A stretch of DNA of 5,845 bases from the IMG/VR virus record IMGVR_UViG_3300045988_004631, positions 1 to 5,845 of that record; one strand, 5' to 3'. Position 1 is the stretch's first letter; each line of letters opens with the position of its first letter. A program made the position numbers and the translations under genes. Source of the DNA: a virus. Below the pieces are notes generated by a model, which was not told the DNA's origin, did not search any database, and was given only the letters and a program-made list of their open reading frames with translations. This document shows, piece after piece, positions 3,619 to 5,845 of the stretch.

Positions 3619-5298
3619 TTAGTGGTGGTCAATCAGGCCCGGCACGCTGTACATCGGCATAGGACGCACGGTCGTGTTTTTGACAAGGAAATCTGCAATG
3701 AATTGCGGTTCGTTTACCTTGTTTTCAACTGCGAGTGTTCTTGCGATTTCTGCACTTCCTTCTTTCATCCACTCTTGACTGAGTGCCGGCGTATTGGCGT
3801 AGTTGTCACCATAGTGCCAGCTGTCCAGCGTTCCGGTCGCATTGGATCGGAACGCACCACAGATGCGATTGGGCTTCATTCTGTAATCCGCCCACGCCTC
3901 TTGGTAGCCGAACGCCTCGTTGTCGGTGTCTGTACCCTGTGCGTATAGTTCCTTTTTAAGCACTGCCTGTTCTCCCAAATTTGCGAAAACAGGGAAGTAA
4001 TAGTCAAGCTTGTTTTTTCGGCTGAACATGCGTTCTAGACCCTGCTGGTACGTGTGGTCATGGCGTACACAGCATACGCCGATAACAAACCCGTGCTCTT
4101 CAAAGCTCTTCGTAAAAGCGCTTTTGCCAAAGCCTGTAACTGACATTGCCGCTACGTTGCCCTGCGGGCTTGTTTCCGTTGTGCCGCTTGTCTGAATTAC
4201 CTGGTTCATGTTAATCATGATTCGGTCGCCGCCCAGATATTCAGGAATCTGGACAGTTTTATCAGAAATGCGAGTTCTGAACAGACTGTAAATTTGTTCG
4301 CGGTATCGACTGCCGCCGCGTGCCAGTTCTTCAAAGTACTTCTGCACTTGAAATGCCTGTCGCAACTGGTTGATTGTTGCACCGGTTATGGCGCTGAGGT
4401 CTGCGCCAAGGTATGTTGGACTTCCGTTTCTTCCCCAAAGCATTGACAGACCGTCTTTTTCTGCTCCTATTTGTCCAATTTGTACTTCTTCTCCTGCTTC
4501 TGCTCGTCCTACTGTGTAGAATGTCTTTGTTTCTCCTACTACTGGGTTTGTTCTGTCTTTGTCTGTGTATCCCATTATCGGCGCATTGCCCAACATAGGA
4601 ATTGTGACGCTTTCTGCAGAACGCTGAGGCGAGGGCAAAGTACTGCTGAAGTAGTCGTGGAACCGGTTCACCGGCAGAGGTCTCCCGCCTGTGTATGCTT
4701 CCTGCAGGATGGTTTCCAGTGTTGCATCTTTGCCACTGTCCTTATAGGTTACATCTGCGTCTTTGTCCGTGTTGATTGCCGGGTTGTCCACGTTCTGGTC
4801 CCGGAACCACTCGTTCCAAATCTTGACGTATGCGCGGATAGGAAGCGCGTTGATATTCAGTTCACCGGTTTCACCGATGATTTTGGTTGGCACGCCCATA
4901 TAGTCGAGAATGCTATTTTCCAGCGGGAACTTGTTTTCTGCCGTGCCGCCTTTGATTTTCAACTGCGGCACTGTGTATTCGGTCTGCTGCACCCACGGGT
5001 CATCTGTGACTTCTCCCATGAATTCCTTCCAGTGTTCCCACAAAATACGGTCAGGACAGAAGAAGTAATAGTAATCCAGATAACAGTTATCCATTACCGG
5101 GAAGATAGGCGTGCTCATGCGCACCAGTCCAACGTTGTCGATTGAAAATGTGTCACCGGGAAGCACTTCATCGACGTAGAAAGGAATAAGCTGGCCTGCA
5201 TCGAATGTCAGCTTGATATCTTGGTCACGTTTGAAACGGCTTCGCGTGATTTCCAAGTTCGGCACTTGGTTGAAATGTGCTTCGTTGTTTCTTTTCAC
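3619..5298 (-). CDS. VP1 major capsid protein (Microviridae F-like jelly-roll, Gokushovirinae-type length), 559 aa
   Basis: The N-terminal signature is HFNQVPNLEITRSRFKRDQDIKLTFDAGQLIPFYVDEVLPGDTF. C-terminal blocks are WADYRMKPNRICGAF and TVRPMPMYSVPGLIDH. All are typical of gokushovirus VP1. The start is GTG (5298..5296), with AAGGAG 10 nt upstream, and it overlaps the VP3 TGA stop (GTGA). Confidence 0.96.
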   Translation of the reverse strand: MKRNNEAHFNQVPNLEITRSRFKRDQDIKLTFDAGQLIPFYVDEVLPGDTFSIDNVGLVRMSTPIFPVMDNCYLDYYYFFCPDRILWEHWKEFMGEVTDDPWVQQTEYTVPQLKIKGGTAENKFPLENSILDYMGVPTKIIGETGELNINALPIRAYVKIWNEWFRDQNVDNPAINTDKDADVTYKDSGKDATLETILQEAYTGGRPLPVNRFHDYFSSTLPSPQRSAESVTIPMLGNAPIMGYTDKDRTNPVVGETKTFYTVGRAEAGEEVQIGQIGAEKDGLSMLWGRNGSPTYLGADLSAITGATINQLRQAFQVQKYFEELARGGSRYREQIYSLFRTRISDKTVQIPEYLGGDRIMINMNQVIQTSGTTETSPQGNVAAMSVTGFGKSAFTKSFEEHGFVIGVCCVRHDHTYQQGLERMFSRKNKLDYYFPVFANLGEQAVLKKELYAQGTDTDNEAFGYQEAWADYRMKPNRICGAFRSNATGTLDSWHYGDNYANTPALSQEWMKEGSAEIARTLAVENKVNEPQFIADFLVKNTTVRPMPMYSVPGLIDHH

Positions 5299-5786
5299 TC
5301 TTTCTTTTCTCCTTTCATTTCGTCAATCTCTGGTTTTTCGTCAATCTCTGGTTTTTGATTCAATCCCAGTGCTTCCATCCAGTCTGCCCTGCCAAATCTT
5401 GCTATGAACTTGTCAACGTCATTATCGAATTTTTGCTTGACTTCACGCGGCAGTTTGTCCCATGTCTGTTCTGCCTGAATCATCAGGTTCTGTGCTTCCG
5501 CCAGTGTGCTCGGCATGTTCGTGAAATCCTGCGGTTCTGCGTCGCTCAGCTGTGCGCCCAATTTTTGTACAATGCTCGGGTCAAAAGCCGCGCGGTTGAT
5601 GATGTTTTCGATTTTCGTTTCTTCCAAATAGCTCTGGATTTCTGCGTCTCTGTCGATTTCTTCATCCTGCACAAGGCTTTTGTTTCCCTTGTCATCGTAT
5701 GTCCAACGAAAAGTAAGGCGGGTTTTTCGGCCCGCCTCTGTCTCTTTTCGTTCCTTCTCGTTATGATTTGCTCGAGTAAAGAACAT
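5295..5786 (-). CDS. VP3-like internal scaffolding protein, 163 aa
   Basis: The block DFTNMPSTLAEAQNLMIQAEQTWDKLPREVKQKFDNDVDKFIA matches the conserved gokushovirus VP3 scaffold motif (D.T.MP.SL.EAQN....AE..F..LP..VR..F.N....F). The ATG at 5786..5784 has AGGAGG 5 nt upstream. The acidic C-terminus contains a KPEIDE duplication. Confidence 0.87.
   Translation of the reverse strand: MFFTRANHNEKERKETEAGRKTRLTFRWTYDDKGNKSLVQDEEIDRDAEIQSYLEETKIENIINRAAFDPSIVQKLGAQLSDAEPQDFTNMPSTLAEAQNLMIQAEQTWDKLPREVKQKFDNDVDKFIARFGRADWMEALGLNQKPEIDEKPEIDEMKGEKKE
5321..5356. repeat. Perfect 18-bp tandem duplication (cgtcaatctctggttttt x2) inside the 3' end of VP3
   Basis: 5321..5338 is identical to 5339..5356. 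The duplication is in frame and encodes KPEIDE-KPEIDE near the VP3 C-terminus. Confidence 0.95.
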
Positions 5787-5845
5787 TTTTTCCTCCTTTA
5801 GATTACGTTCAAGGTTACAGGCGGTTTTGCTTTGCCTTTGCCGTC
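5769..5845. repeat. Terminal direct redundancy, copy 2 (identical to 1..77)
   Basis: See copy 1. Bases 5798..5845 are a truncated second copy of the VP5-like 3' end and should not be counted as a separate gene. Confidence 0.95.

Noticed and set aside
78-5801. Plus-strand ORFs in the track: 78..365, 439..729, 865..1080, 2797..3093, 2963..3202, 3397..3948, 4010..4195, 4413..4598, 4471..5145, 5213..5407 and 5277..5801
   Set aside because: All are antisense shadows of well-supported minus-strand genes. Their products are Cys/Phe/Leu/Val-rich and low in complexity, with no recognisable motif. I saw no convincing Shine-Dalgarno sequences. Microviridae encode all known genes on one strand.

Overview
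The window is a complete, circularly permuted Microviridae (Gokushovirinae-like ssDNA phage) genome. Bases 1..77 are identical to 5769..5845, so the unit length is 5768 nt and the window is a circle linearised with an overlap. All convincing genes lie on the minus strand and are tightly packed, joined by GTGA and TAATG start/stop overlaps. Reading along the minus strand, the order is: VP3-like internal scaffold (5786->5295), VP1 major capsid (5298->3619), VP2 pilot/minor capsid (3606->2704) and VP4 HUH rolling-circle replication initiator (2704->1688). A ~490-nt non-coding region follows (1687->1200). After it come a Peptidase_M15_3 zinc peptidoglycan peptidase (1118->726), a 34-aa ORF, a 78-aa ORF, a 39-aa arginine/lysine-rich J/ORF8-like ORF and a VP5-like protein (293->30). 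The 34-aa and 39-aa ORFs are missing from the supplied track; I found them by hand translation. The most unusual part is the non-coding region. It contains a near-consensus sigma70 promoter, an array of TTTT(C)AACA iteron-like repeats, and a 68-nt almost perfect alternating purine-pyrimidine (CG/TG)n tract. It also has nested GC-rich hairpins, a rho-independent terminator and a perfect 18-bp hairpin directly after the VP4 stop. All family assignments come from motif recognition by eye; no searches were run.
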